This document shows positions 8,295 through 15,998 of a stretch of DNA of 17,124 nucleotides, piece by piece. Each line of letters begins with the position of its first letter. Position 1 is the first letter of the stretch. The notes beneath the pieces were generated by a model. It ran no database searches. It saw nothing but the letters and a program-made list of their open reading frames with translations, and was not told the DNA's origin. The translations under genes were made by a program, and so were the position numbers. This DNA is from an uncultured Myxococcales bacterium (GTDB lineage: Bacteria; Myxococcota; UBA4151): the NCBI GenBank assembly GCA_964013405.1, contig CAXGWI010000070.1, forward strand, positions 1 through 17,124, written 5' to 3'.

Positions 8295-11200
8295 TACTTC
8301 TAGGCATTGTCGGGCCGCTTGGTCTCTTGGCCGGTTGTTACGGTGTGGATGCCAGTCGCTGTACGGCCAGCGAGGAATGCGAATCCCCCCTCTATTGCCA
8401 CCCGAGTTTAGAGGTGTGTCTCAAAGCCACGGAAGCCGACTTGGATGAGAATCCGGAGCTCGCGCGGGAAATTGGCTGCGGCAATAAGCGCCTCGATGAG
8501 GGCGAAGAGTGCGACGACGGTAACGACATCACGACGGACAGTTGCCATGAGTGCAAGAATGCCACGTGCGGCGATGGACAGGTACGTACGGATCTCTCAG
8601 CCCAGGAGGATGGTTACGAAACCTGTGATGATGGGAACCCGGTCGACGACGACGGCTGTAGCAACAACTGTCGAGTACCGGCTTGTGGCGATGGTGACAT
8701 TCAAGCCGGTGAGGACTGCGATGACGGCAACACGGTCCGAGACGATGGATGCACCGACGGGTGCAAACATGCCGCCTGTGGCGACGGCATTGTGCGCACG
8801 GATCTAGACGAAGGCGAGCCTGGATATGAAAGCTGTGACGATGGCAATGAGGAGGCGGCCGACGACTGTACCAACGAGTGCAAGCCGGCCCGATGCGGCG
8901 ACGGCATCCTGCGACGGAACCTCGGCCCCGGGGAGGAGGGAGCCGAATCCTGCGATGATGGCAATGATGCCGATGCCGATGCCTGTTTGAACAATTGCCA
9001 GCCCGCTCGCTGCGGAGATGGTGTGGCTCGAGAAGATCTGAGTGAAGGAGCGGATGGCTACGAGGCTTGCGATGATGGCAACGAAGACGAAGGTGACGGT
9101 TGCAGGGGGCATTGTGTGCTCGCAATCTGCGGTGACGGATACACCCGAAACGATCTCGAGCCAGCGGCTGAGGGCTATGAAGAATGTGATGGGGGTAATG
9201 ATCCCATGAGTCTTTGTGGGCCTGACTGCCGTTGGGCTCCCCAGGCCCTGGCCGGCCTCAGTATGGGCGAGAGCTTCACCTGTGCGGTGGTTCATGGTGA
9301 TGGTGCCGGGCGTACGATCAGGTGTTGGGGCCGAAATGATGTAGCTCAGGTTCAGGATGGCTACAGACCGCCAGGTGGCGGACCGGACGAACCACTCAAC
9401 CGTATCGCACCTCGCTTGGTGGACAGCGCTTCTCTGCGGGAGGTTGAGGGCATCCGTTCCGGCTACAATGGCACCTGCGCCCGGGTTGAGGGCCGGCTCT
9501 ATTGCTGGGGGTACAACGACCAAGCTGTCATGGGTGTTCCCTATGACGGCGGGGGGAACTTTCACCCCGTCCGTGAGCCCAACATGATCATGAGCCCAGA
9601 GGGGCGTCCGCTTGGGGACGCCGATGTCCACGATATGGCCGTTGGGAAGGACCATGCCTGCGCCATTATTGGTGAGGAGCGCTCGCTCTATTGCTGGGGG
9701 CACGCTGACGACCCCGGTCATTGCTGTCAAAGCTACGGCAAGACGGGGACAAGACACCACGAGATTTATGATGATTTAGAACTGCAATTCCACGAGCACA
9801 TACCTCTTCCGGCGGTTGCCTTCCAGGCTGAGGGCGGGGTGATGGCGATTGCCGCGGGCGAGCGGTTTAGCGTGGCGATCGATGAGGAAGGCACACTCTA
9901 TTATTGGGGGCGCGTGCCAGATATTGAGCCCTGGGTCGTTGACAACACTCTTGGGACATTCGCGACCGTACCTGAAGGCGCGACGTTTCGATCGGTGAGT
10001 GCTGGGGCAGAGCACGTCTGTGGTCTGATGGACGATGGTAGAGTCTGGTGTGATGGTAAGCGAAGTTTTGGGCGTGCAGGCGTTCAGGCGATCACCGCCT
10101 CGCGGGCTGGCTTTGTACAGGTCGAAGCCTACGCGGAGGGCAGTTGTGCTCTTGATAGCGAAGGCGCTGTCTATTGCTGGGGCCGGAATGACATGGGGCA
10201 ATTGGGTCGCTCCCCTGAAGCAATGACTGATAGCGCCCAGCCCATCCGAATTCAGATTGAAGGCGCGGGTCGGGTCATCTCCCTTGCCAAGGGCGGCTTT
10301 GCTAAGCACCGCTGTGTCGTCGTCCAGGGGAACACGGGCAATGCGCTGCGTTGCTGGGGGGACAACCGGCGTGGTGCCGTCGGTCACCCCACGGCTGGCG
10401 ATGTGGTCGTCGAGCCCTTCGACCCGGACCTCTATGGCCGGCGAACTGGGACGCAAGAGCAGCCGGCCTACAGTTGTGCCAGCCTACGCGACGCCCACGA
10501 TTCCGAAACCGGGGGCGCGTGGCTGCAGCCACCAGGCGCTGCCGAGCCCAACTTCACTTGGTGCGACCAGGACACCGATCGCGGCGGCTGGGGGCTGGCG
10601 ATGGTCGTCACCCCCGAGGGGGGCCTCGGTGAGTACACAGGCCCCCTGTGGGAGGGTGCCGAGCCACTGCGTTACGTCCAGGAAGAGGGGCAAGAACCGG
10701 TCTTGGCTGAAGGGCCCGCCGAATGGGTACTTAGCGATGACTTGCAGAGTTTGAGAACCGTCGTCTACGCCCATCAGCCGGTCCGAGAACTGCGCTTAGA
10801 GCTGCAGACGGTCATGGTCGAAGAGTCCCAAAATGGTGACAATCCGGATCCGGCCTTCGAGGAGCTTGAGTATAACGATGACCGTGGTTGGAAGCCGCTG
10901 CGGATCGGTGGCAACGGGGGAGATCCCCTCTTGTCGGTCCCCTTGGCCCAGGCCATCGGAGAGGGGAGTGACTGGCAACATAATGACGATGCCCATCCCA
11001 GTATCGATAACTCGAGGTGGGAGGCTCTCTTACCCGTCTTTCCCACAGCTGAGTCGGCGATCAGTCGCTGGTTGCAGCCGCTGAGCCAGGGTGCTTTGAG
11101 CTATGCCAATCCAAGTCCTTGCGTCGTCACGGGATTGAGCCGAGTGTTTGGGCCACAGGGCAACCCACCGGCAGGCCATCATCGGGTCCGCATCGGCATT

Positions 11201-11368
11201 GTGGCAGCCAACATCACAAACCAAAGGTGCCCGGCCGCGAATCGAGCATCCTTCATCGGTTTTGGTTATGGAGGGCCTCAACCTGGTGTCGGCGCTGGGG
11301 CGATTAGCACCTTGAGTGGTGGCAGCACGGTGCGGGCCCTGGCGAACGGGCGGATCTGGGTGCGTTGA
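8273..11368 (+). CDS. Large lipoprotein: 7 myxococcal Cys-rich repeats + RCC1-like beta-propeller + fibrinogen-like (YCDxxxxGGGW-type) C-terminal domain
   Basis: GTG start overlaps the upstream gene by 22 nt; lipobox LAGC (Cys22). RCC1-type blades (GESFTCA..CWGRN, GKDHACA..YCWG, AGAEHVCG, VYCWGRNDMGQLG, CWGDN). C-terminal region starts PAYSCASL...WCDQDTDRGGWGLAM. Confidence 0.88.
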   Translation: MVSFRQLVLLGIVGPLGLLAGCYGVDASRCTASEECESPLYCHPSLEVCLKATEADLDENPELAREIGCGNKRLDEGEECDDGNDITTDSCHECKNATCGDGQVRTDLSAQEDGYETCDDGNPVDDDGCSNNCRVPACGDGDIQAGEDCDDGNTVRDDGCTDGCKHAACGDGIVRTDLDEGEPGYESCDDGNEEAADDCTNECKPARCGDGILRRNLGPGEEGAESCDDGNDADADACLNNCQPARCGDGVAREDLSEGADGYEACDDGNEDEGDGCRGHCVLAICGDGYTRNDLEPAAEGYEECDGGNDPMSLCGPDCRWAPQALAGLSMGESFTCAVVHGDGAGRTIRCWGRNDVAQVQDGYRPPGGGPDEPLNRIAPRLVDSASLREVEGIRSGYNGTCARVEGRLYCWGYNDQAVMGVPYDGGGNFHPVREPNMIMSPEGRPLGDADVHDMAVGKDHACAIIGEERSLYCWGHADDPGHCCQSYGKTGTRHHEIYDDLELQFHEHIPLPAVAFQAEGGVMAIAAGERFSVAIDEEGTLYYWGRVPDIEPWVVDNTLGTFATVPEGATFRSVSAGAEHVCGLMDDGRVWCDGKRSFGRAGVQAITASRAGFVQVEAYAEGSCALDSEGAVYCWGRNDMGQLGRSPEAMTDSAQPIRIQIEGAGRVISLAKGGFAKHRCVVVQGNTGNALRCWGDNRRGAVGHPTAGDVVVEPFDPDLYGRRTGTQEQPAYSCASLRDAHDSETGGAWLQPPGAAEPNFTWCDQDTDRGGWGLAMVVTPEGGLGEYTGPLWEGAEPLRYVQEEGQEPVLAEGPAEWVLSDDLQSLRTVVYAHQPVRELRLELQTVMVEESQNGDNPDPAFEELEYNDDRGWKPLRIGGNGGDPLLSVPLAQAIGEGSDWQHNDDAHPSIDNSRWEALLPVFPTAESAISRWLQPLSQGALSYANPSPCVVTGLSRVFGPQGNPPAGHHRVRIGIVAANITNQRCPAANRASFIGFGYGGPQPGVGAGAISTLSGGSTVRALANGRIWVR
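8477..9229 (+). repeat. Seven tandem Cys-rich repeats (2 short, 5 long with an RxD/NL...G(Y)E insert)
   Basis: Units begin CGNKRL, CGDGQV, CGDGDI, CGDGIV, CGDGIL, CGDGVA and CGDGYT; each contains ExCDDGN or ECDGGN. Confidence 0.92.
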
Positions 11369-11377
11369 GAGCTTCCC

Positions 11378-11406
11378 TTGACCCGCACCGCTGGGCTCAT
11401 TAGCAG
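11378..11406 (+). promoter_or_regulatory. Candidate promoter for the biotin carrier/crotonase genes
   Basis: TTGACC-N17-TAGCAG, followed by RBS AAGGAG (11416-11421) and ATG 11432. Confidence 0.45.
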
Positions 11407-11431
11407 CGGATGCCAAAGGAGATTTGAGACC

Positions 11432-11653
11432 ATGGCTGAAGTGATCCGTGCCCACATTACCGGAACCGTTTGGAAGATTCTCGTGTCCGTGGGCGATGAG
11501 GTGGAAGAAGAAGATACCCTGTGCATTTTGGAATCCATGAAGATGGAGATGCCCATCGAGGCCGATGAAGACGGGGTGATCACCGCGGTCCACGCCCAAG
11601 AGGGGCAAGCGATCAAAGAGGGTGATCCGATCCTCGAGATCGAAGCCAGCTAG
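11432..11653 (+). CDS. Stand-alone biotin carboxyl carrier (biotinyl/lipoyl domain) protein
   Basis: 73 aa from ATG 11432 with a strong RBS; GTVWKILVSVGDEV and LESMKME (MKM biotinylation motif). Confidence 0.93.
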   Translation: MAEVIRAHITGTVWKILVSVGDEVEEEDTLCILESMKMEMPIEADEDGVITAVHAQEGQAIKEGDPILEIEAS

Positions 11654-11667
11654 CTCTCGGTCATCTC

Positions 11668-12414
11668 ATGATCATTGCTGAGCGCGAAGGCGACGTCCTC
11701 TGGCTGCGTTTAAACCGCCCCGAGAAGAAGAACGCGGTGGACCCGGAAGCGATGCTTCAACTCCAAGGGTTGTTGTCTGAGGCCGCTGGGGATGAGTCGT
11801 TGCGCCTCTTGGTGCTCACCGGTGTCGGGGACAGTTTCTGTGCCGGCTATGACATCGCTCGGATTCCCGAAACGCCAGCCGCCGATGGGCGCATGGTGGG
11901 GGAGTTGGATGATGCGGTGGCCCGACTCGCTGCGTTTCCAGCGCCGACCTTAGCGCTCATCGACGGGCCAGCCTATGGTGCGGGCTTGGAATTGGCCCTG
12001 GCCTGTGACCTGCGGATGTGCAGCCATCGGGCACGTTTTTGCATGCCGCCGGCCAAGCTGGGCCTGCTCTACAGCCTCGACGGGATGCAGCGCTTGGAGC
12101 GGGCCGTCGGTCAGCAACAGGCCCGGCATATGATTTATACGGCCCAGGTGCTTTCCGGTGCCGAAGCCCGGGCCTGCGGCCTGGTGCTGGGCTGCGTTGA
12201 GGACCTTCATGAGTGGTTCGAACCCTTCTTGGCCCGATTACGGAGCATGGCCATCGGCAGCCTGCGGGGCGCCAAAGCCGGTCTCCAGTTGGGTCAACCT
12301 GCGCAAGCAACCGAGGTGACGGGGGCCGTGGAGGCACTTCGGGCCGGCCTCTTCGGCAGTGAGGAAGCTCGGGAGCGCAAAGCCCGTTTACTTGAGCGCA
12401 AACCCTCCGCCTAA
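11668..12414 (+). CDS. Crotonase (enoyl-CoA hydratase/isomerase) superfamily protein
   Basis: LNRPEKKNA, FCAGYDI, GPAYGAGLELALACDLR and MPPAKLGLLY. Confidence 0.9.
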   Translation: MIIAEREGDVLWLRLNRPEKKNAVDPEAMLQLQGLLSEAAGDESLRLLVLTGVGDSFCAGYDIARIPETPAADGRMVGELDDAVARLAAFPAPTLALIDGPAYGAGLELALACDLRMCSHRARFCMPPAKLGLLYSLDGMQRLERAVGQQQARHMIYTAQVLSGAEARACGLVLGCVEDLHEWFEPFLARLRSMAIGSLRGAKAGLQLGQPAQATEVTGAVEALRAGLFGSEEARERKARLLERKPSA

Positions 12415-12423
12415 GTGTCGGTT

Positions 12424-12451
12424 TTGCCATGGGGCTTTTCTCCTGTAGGGA
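12424..12451 (+). promoter_or_regulatory. Candidate tRNA promoter
   Basis: TTGCCA-N16-TAGGGA ending 10 nt before the tRNA 5' end. Confidence 0.4.
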
Positions 12452-12461
12452 GGCAGCGTCT

Positions 12462-12551
12462 GGAAGGGTGGCCGAGCGGTCGAAGGCAACGGTCTTGAAA
12501 ACCGTCAGGGGTGCAAGCTCCTCGGGGGTTCGAATCCCCCCCCTTCCGCCA
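12462..12551 (+). tRNA. tRNA-Ser (anticodon TGA)
   Basis: Acceptor stem GGAAGGG/CCCTTCC, discriminator G and encoded CCA. Anticodon arm ACGGT-CT TGA AA-ACCGT, long variable arm, T arm GGGGG-TTCGAAT-CCCCC. Length 90 nt. Confidence 0.97.
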
Positions 12552-12561
12552 GTTCGATTTC

Positions 12562-12590
12562 TTGGCGAAATGCCAGGACGGGAATACCTT
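12562..12590 (+). promoter_or_regulatory. Candidate sigma70-type promoter for the kinase
   Basis: TTGGCG-N17-TACCTT between the tRNA and the GTG at 12622. Confidence 0.35.
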
Positions 12591-12621
12591 TGGTATCGAC
12601 CGTGAAGAGGATGTAATCACC

Positions 12622-15051
12622 GTGGCTCGATATCCCACCGCCTTTGGCAAGTACTTGCTTCTTGAGCGGATCAATGTGGGCGGGATGGCTGAGGTCTTCA
12701 AGGCGAAGACCTTCGGGGTCCACGGTTATCAACGCATCATGGCCCTCAAGCGCATTCTCCCGAACATCATGGAGGATGAGGATTTCATCCGCATGTTCAT
12801 CGACGAGGCCCGGATCGCCTCGCACCTTGAGCATGGCAATGTGGTTCGAATCCTGGAGTTGGGCCAGCACGGGGAGAGCCTCTATATCGCCATGGAGTTC
12901 GTCCAGGGCCGAGACTTGCGACAGCTGGTGAACACCTGTCGGAAGAAGGGGATCGAGATCCCGCCGGGGCTGACAGCCTACATCATGATGGAGGCGGCAA
13001 AGGGGCTCGACTACGCCCACCGTCGCACGGACCTGGTCGGCAACCCCTTGCACATCATCCATCGTGATGTGAGCCCTCAGAACTTGCTGCTCAGTTGGGA
13101 TGGAGATGTTAAGGTTTGCGACTTCGGCATCGCGAAGGCGCAGAACCGGGCCCATCAGACGCAGGCGGGGGTCTTGAAGGGTAAGTTCGCGTACATGAGC
13201 CCGGAACAGGTTCGGGGGAAGGCCATCGATCATCGCTCCGATATCTTTGGTCTGGGGACGATCGCCCACGAGATGATCAGTGGACGCCGCTTGTTCCTTG
13301 GCGAATCGGACTTTTCCACCCTGGAGCGGGTCCGCAAAGCGCAGGCGCCCCGATTGGATCTAGAGCGCAGCGACGTCGAGCGAGACCTCTCCGACACCAT
13401 CCTGACTGCGCTGGCCCGGGACCCAGACAAGCGCTTTGCCTGGGCCAGTGATTTCGCCGATGCGCTGCAGCCCTGGTTGATCGAGGGGCGTCGGATCATC
13501 TCCGGTCGAGATCTCGCCGAGTTCCTACGCCAGGTCTTTCCCGGCGAACTGGAACAGGACCGCCAGCGGATGCAGGATTATCTCGCCATGGAAGCGCCGG
13601 TTGATTTGGCCGACTCTGCACCGTCGGAGTTGCGCCTCGAGGGCTCCTATGACGAGCTCTCGAAGGAAGTCCTCGAAGCCGTTGCAGATAGTGACCGCAC
13701 GGTCATCTTTGACACGGGCTCGGTGGAGCAGTTGGAGACGATCAACACCGACCAGGAGCGCACCATCCTCCACGATGGAGCGATCGGTGATGCCAGTCTT
13801 CCACCGCCTCCTTCGGCTCCTGCTGCCTCTGGCGATGACGACAAGACCGTGCTTGCCAGCCTTGAGGAACTGCAGGCTGCAGGTCTAGACGGGTTTGGGA
13901 CCACAACCCAGCCGGTCCAAGCGACGCTGGCGCCGCCCCCTCCTGATTTGCCTGGCGGATCGGTACCACCTCCCCCGCCAACGGCGCCACCGAGTCGCGC
14001 CGCAAGTATTCCGCCTCCTCCGCCCCCCACTGGCTCTGCAGCACCGCCCCCACCACCGGGGGCGGTCACGGCCGGTGGCACCCAAATCCCCGTGATCGCA
14101 CCGCCTGCATCCCAAGGCGAGCGCTCCAGTCTGATGATGATTGGGCTGGGTCTAGTGGGCGCATTACTGATCGCTGGTCTCGCTTGGTTTGCCCTTTCAG
14201 ATTCAGGCTCACAACCCAGTCCCGATCCCACCGGGCCCGGGCAGGAACAAACGACGAGCAAGAGCCCACAAACATCAGCATCGGATGCGGTAGCGCCCCA
14301 GCGCATGGACGCGGGTCAGCCCAAGGAAGCGCCCGCTCTGAAGAAAGAAAGCAAAGCAAAACCAGAGAAAAAGAAGCCCAGACCTAAAGTTGAAGACAAG
14401 GTGGCGAGCCAAGCTGTTTCAAGCGGTTCGGCTGCAAAGACAAAGGCGAAGGTCACTGAGGCAACAAGGCCTGTAAAGCCGCCGCCGAAGAAGAAAGAGG
14501 CAGCGCCTTCGGATTGTGTCTTAACGGTCTCTACGACACCCCAGGGGGCCCGGGTGAAGCTAGGTGACGCAGACCTGGGACCCTCGCCAGCGAGCCAGAC
14601 AGGTCTCGACTGTAGTCTTTCCTATCAACTGGAGGTCACCCACCCAGGCTACCTCAAGCGCAAAGCCAACTTCTCCTTCGGTGCCAACAAGAAGAAACGC
14701 ATGAGTCTGTCCCTGCAGGCCAAGCAGAAGCCGAAGCCCAAGCCCACACCAAAGCCAGCCCCTGCAGCGGGTCCCGCAGCGGGGGCCGAGGAAGGGCCTA
14801 AGGTGCAAATCGGCACCCCTGGCGTTCGGGCCCGCGTGGTCATCGGCGGCAAAACGTACGGCCAGACCCCCCTCGCTGGTAGTCGGGCCCCGCGCCTACG
14901 GCCTGGACGGCACCGCCTGGTGCTCAGTGCTGGTGGGCAAACATGGAAGTACACGATCACGGTGCCTGCCGGCGCCGGTGACCGGGTGCGTTTGGTGATC
15001 AAGACCCTCGGAGAGCCTGTCAGTGGCGCCGTACGGGCCATCCCGGATTAG
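12622..15051 (+). CDS. Membrane Hanks-type Ser/Thr protein kinase with Pro-rich linker, TM helix and extracytoplasmic PEGA-like domains
   Basis: GTG 12622 follows GAAGAGGA; the track start at 12511 lies inside the tRNA. Motifs GGMAEVFKA, ALKRI, HRDVSPQN, DFGIAK and YMSPEQ; TM LMMIGLGLVGALLIAGLAWFAL; PEGA-like VSTTPQGARV...HPGY and ARVVIGGKTYGQTPL...PGRHRL. Confidence 0.93.
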   Translation: MARYPTAFGKYLLLERINVGGMAEVFKAKTFGVHGYQRIMALKRILPNIMEDEDFIRMFIDEARIASHLEHGNVVRILELGQHGESLYIAMEFVQGRDLRQLVNTCRKKGIEIPPGLTAYIMMEAAKGLDYAHRRTDLVGNPLHIIHRDVSPQNLLLSWDGDVKVCDFGIAKAQNRAHQTQAGVLKGKFAYMSPEQVRGKAIDHRSDIFGLGTIAHEMISGRRLFLGESDFSTLERVRKAQAPRLDLERSDVERDLSDTILTALARDPDKRFAWASDFADALQPWLIEGRRIISGRDLAEFLRQVFPGELEQDRQRMQDYLAMEAPVDLADSAPSELRLEGSYDELSKEVLEAVADSDRTVIFDTGSVEQLETINTDQERTILHDGAIGDASLPPPPSAPAASGDDDKTVLASLEELQAAGLDGFGTTTQPVQATLAPPPPDLPGGSVPPPPPTAPPSRAASIPPPPPPTGSAAPPPPPGAVTAGGTQIPVIAPPASQGERSSLMMIGLGLVGALLIAGLAWFALSDSGSQPSPDPTGPGQEQTTSKSPQTSASDAVAPQRMDAGQPKEAPALKKESKAKPEKKKPRPKVEDKVASQAVSSGSAAKTKAKVTEATRPVKPPPKKKEAAPSDCVLTVSTTPQGARVKLGDADLGPSPASQTGLDCSLSYQLEVTHPGYLKRKANFSFGANKKKRMSLSLQAKQKPKPKPTPKPAPAAGPAAGAEEGPKVQIGTPGVRARVVIGGKTYGQTPLAGSRAPRLRPGRHRLVLSAGGQTWKYTITVPAGAGDRVRLVIKTLGEPVSGAVRAIPD

Positions 15052-15059
15052 GGGGCGCG

Positions 15060-15995
15060 ATGCCGACCGGGCCGAGATCGGGACGAACACTACCCCGCTT
15101 TGCCGGTGAGAGCACCTTCTTGCGCCTGCCGCGTCTTGCTGAGGTGGAGGATGCTCGAATCGTCTATCTTGGCGCACCGTTCGATGGCGCGACGACCTAT
15201 CGACCCGGTGCTCGAAGTGGGCCCAGGGCCGTTCGCCTTGGTTCCGACCAGGCCCACGGCTTTCATGCAGAATTGGGCCTCGACCCGTTTCAAGTCCTCC
15301 AGGCCGCCGATGGCGGTGATGTCAACATGGCGCCCCATGATATCGTCGCTGCGATGGACGCACTCGAGGCAGAGGCGAAGCAGCATTTTGAGCGGGATCG
15401 GGCGCTTTTTACAGTCGGTGGTGATCACAGCGTGAGCCTGCCGCTCTTGCGGGCCGCCGCTGGGGTGCACGGTCCGGTGGCCCTGCTGCACGTGGACGCC
15501 CACTATGACACCTATCCGGCCGCGTGGGGCAATGATTTACACCATGGGACGCCCTTTCGACACGCGGTTCGGGAGGGCTTGATCGATCCAGGGCAGACCT
15601 TGCAGTTGGGCCTTCGGGGTAGCCTTGCGGGGGCCGAGGACTTGGAGTTTTCCAAGGCCTGCGGGATGACCGTGGTCACCCAGGCCGATTGGGATGATGG
15701 TGATGGACAGGCCCGGCTTCATGCCTGGATCGAGCAACTGACTCAGCCTCTGTACATCAGTATCGACGTGGATGGCCTCGATCCAGCCTTTGCCCCGGGC
15801 ACAGGTACCCCCGTCCCAGGTGGCTTAAGTCCCCGGGAGCTCTACTCGGTTCTTCGACGACTCCGAGGCCGATCGGTCGTCGGCGGAGATGTGGTCGAAT
15901 TAGCACCGGCCTACGACGCCGACGGTATCACGGCCTTGATCGCTGCCGATCTGCTCCATACCTTTGCCGCACTCCACGTCCTCGGAAGCAGCTAG
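15060..15995 (+). CDS. speB: Ureohydrolase family protein, agmatinase-like
   Basis: RPGARSGP, GGDHS, DAHYD, HGTPF, SIDVDGLDPAFAPGTGTPVPGG and DVVELAPAYD. Substrate (agmatine versus another guanidino compound) cannot be resolved. Confidence 0.8.
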   Translation: MPTGPRSGRTLPRFAGESTFLRLPRLAEVEDARIVYLGAPFDGATTYRPGARSGPRAVRLGSDQAHGFHAELGLDPFQVLQAADGGDVNMAPHDIVAAMDALEAEAKQHFERDRALFTVGGDHSVSLPLLRAAAGVHGPVALLHVDAHYDTYPAAWGNDLHHGTPFRHAVREGLIDPGQTLQLGLRGSLAGAEDLEFSKACGMTVVTQADWDDGDGQARLHAWIEQLTQPLYISIDVDGLDPAFAPGTGTPVPGGLSPRELYSVLRRLRGRSVVGGDVVELAPAYDADGITALIAADLLHTFAALHVLGSS

Positions 15996-15998
15996 TCG

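Noticed and set aside
8273..11368. Identification as the TraA kin-recognition receptor
   Set aside because: It shares Cys-rich repeats but is an N-terminal lipoprotein with RCC1/fibrinogen-like domains. There is no C-terminal sorting tag and no adjacent TraB-like OmpA/beta-barrel gene.
12462..12551. tRNA as a selenocysteine/suppressor tRNA or as an integration site
   Set aside because: The anticodon is TGA (reads UCA, Ser), not TCA. No integrase or duplicated tRNA 3' end was seen in the window.
12511..12621. Kinase start overlapping the tRNA
   Set aside because: GTG 12622 has an RBS and directly precedes the kinase domain; the upstream open frame is incidental.
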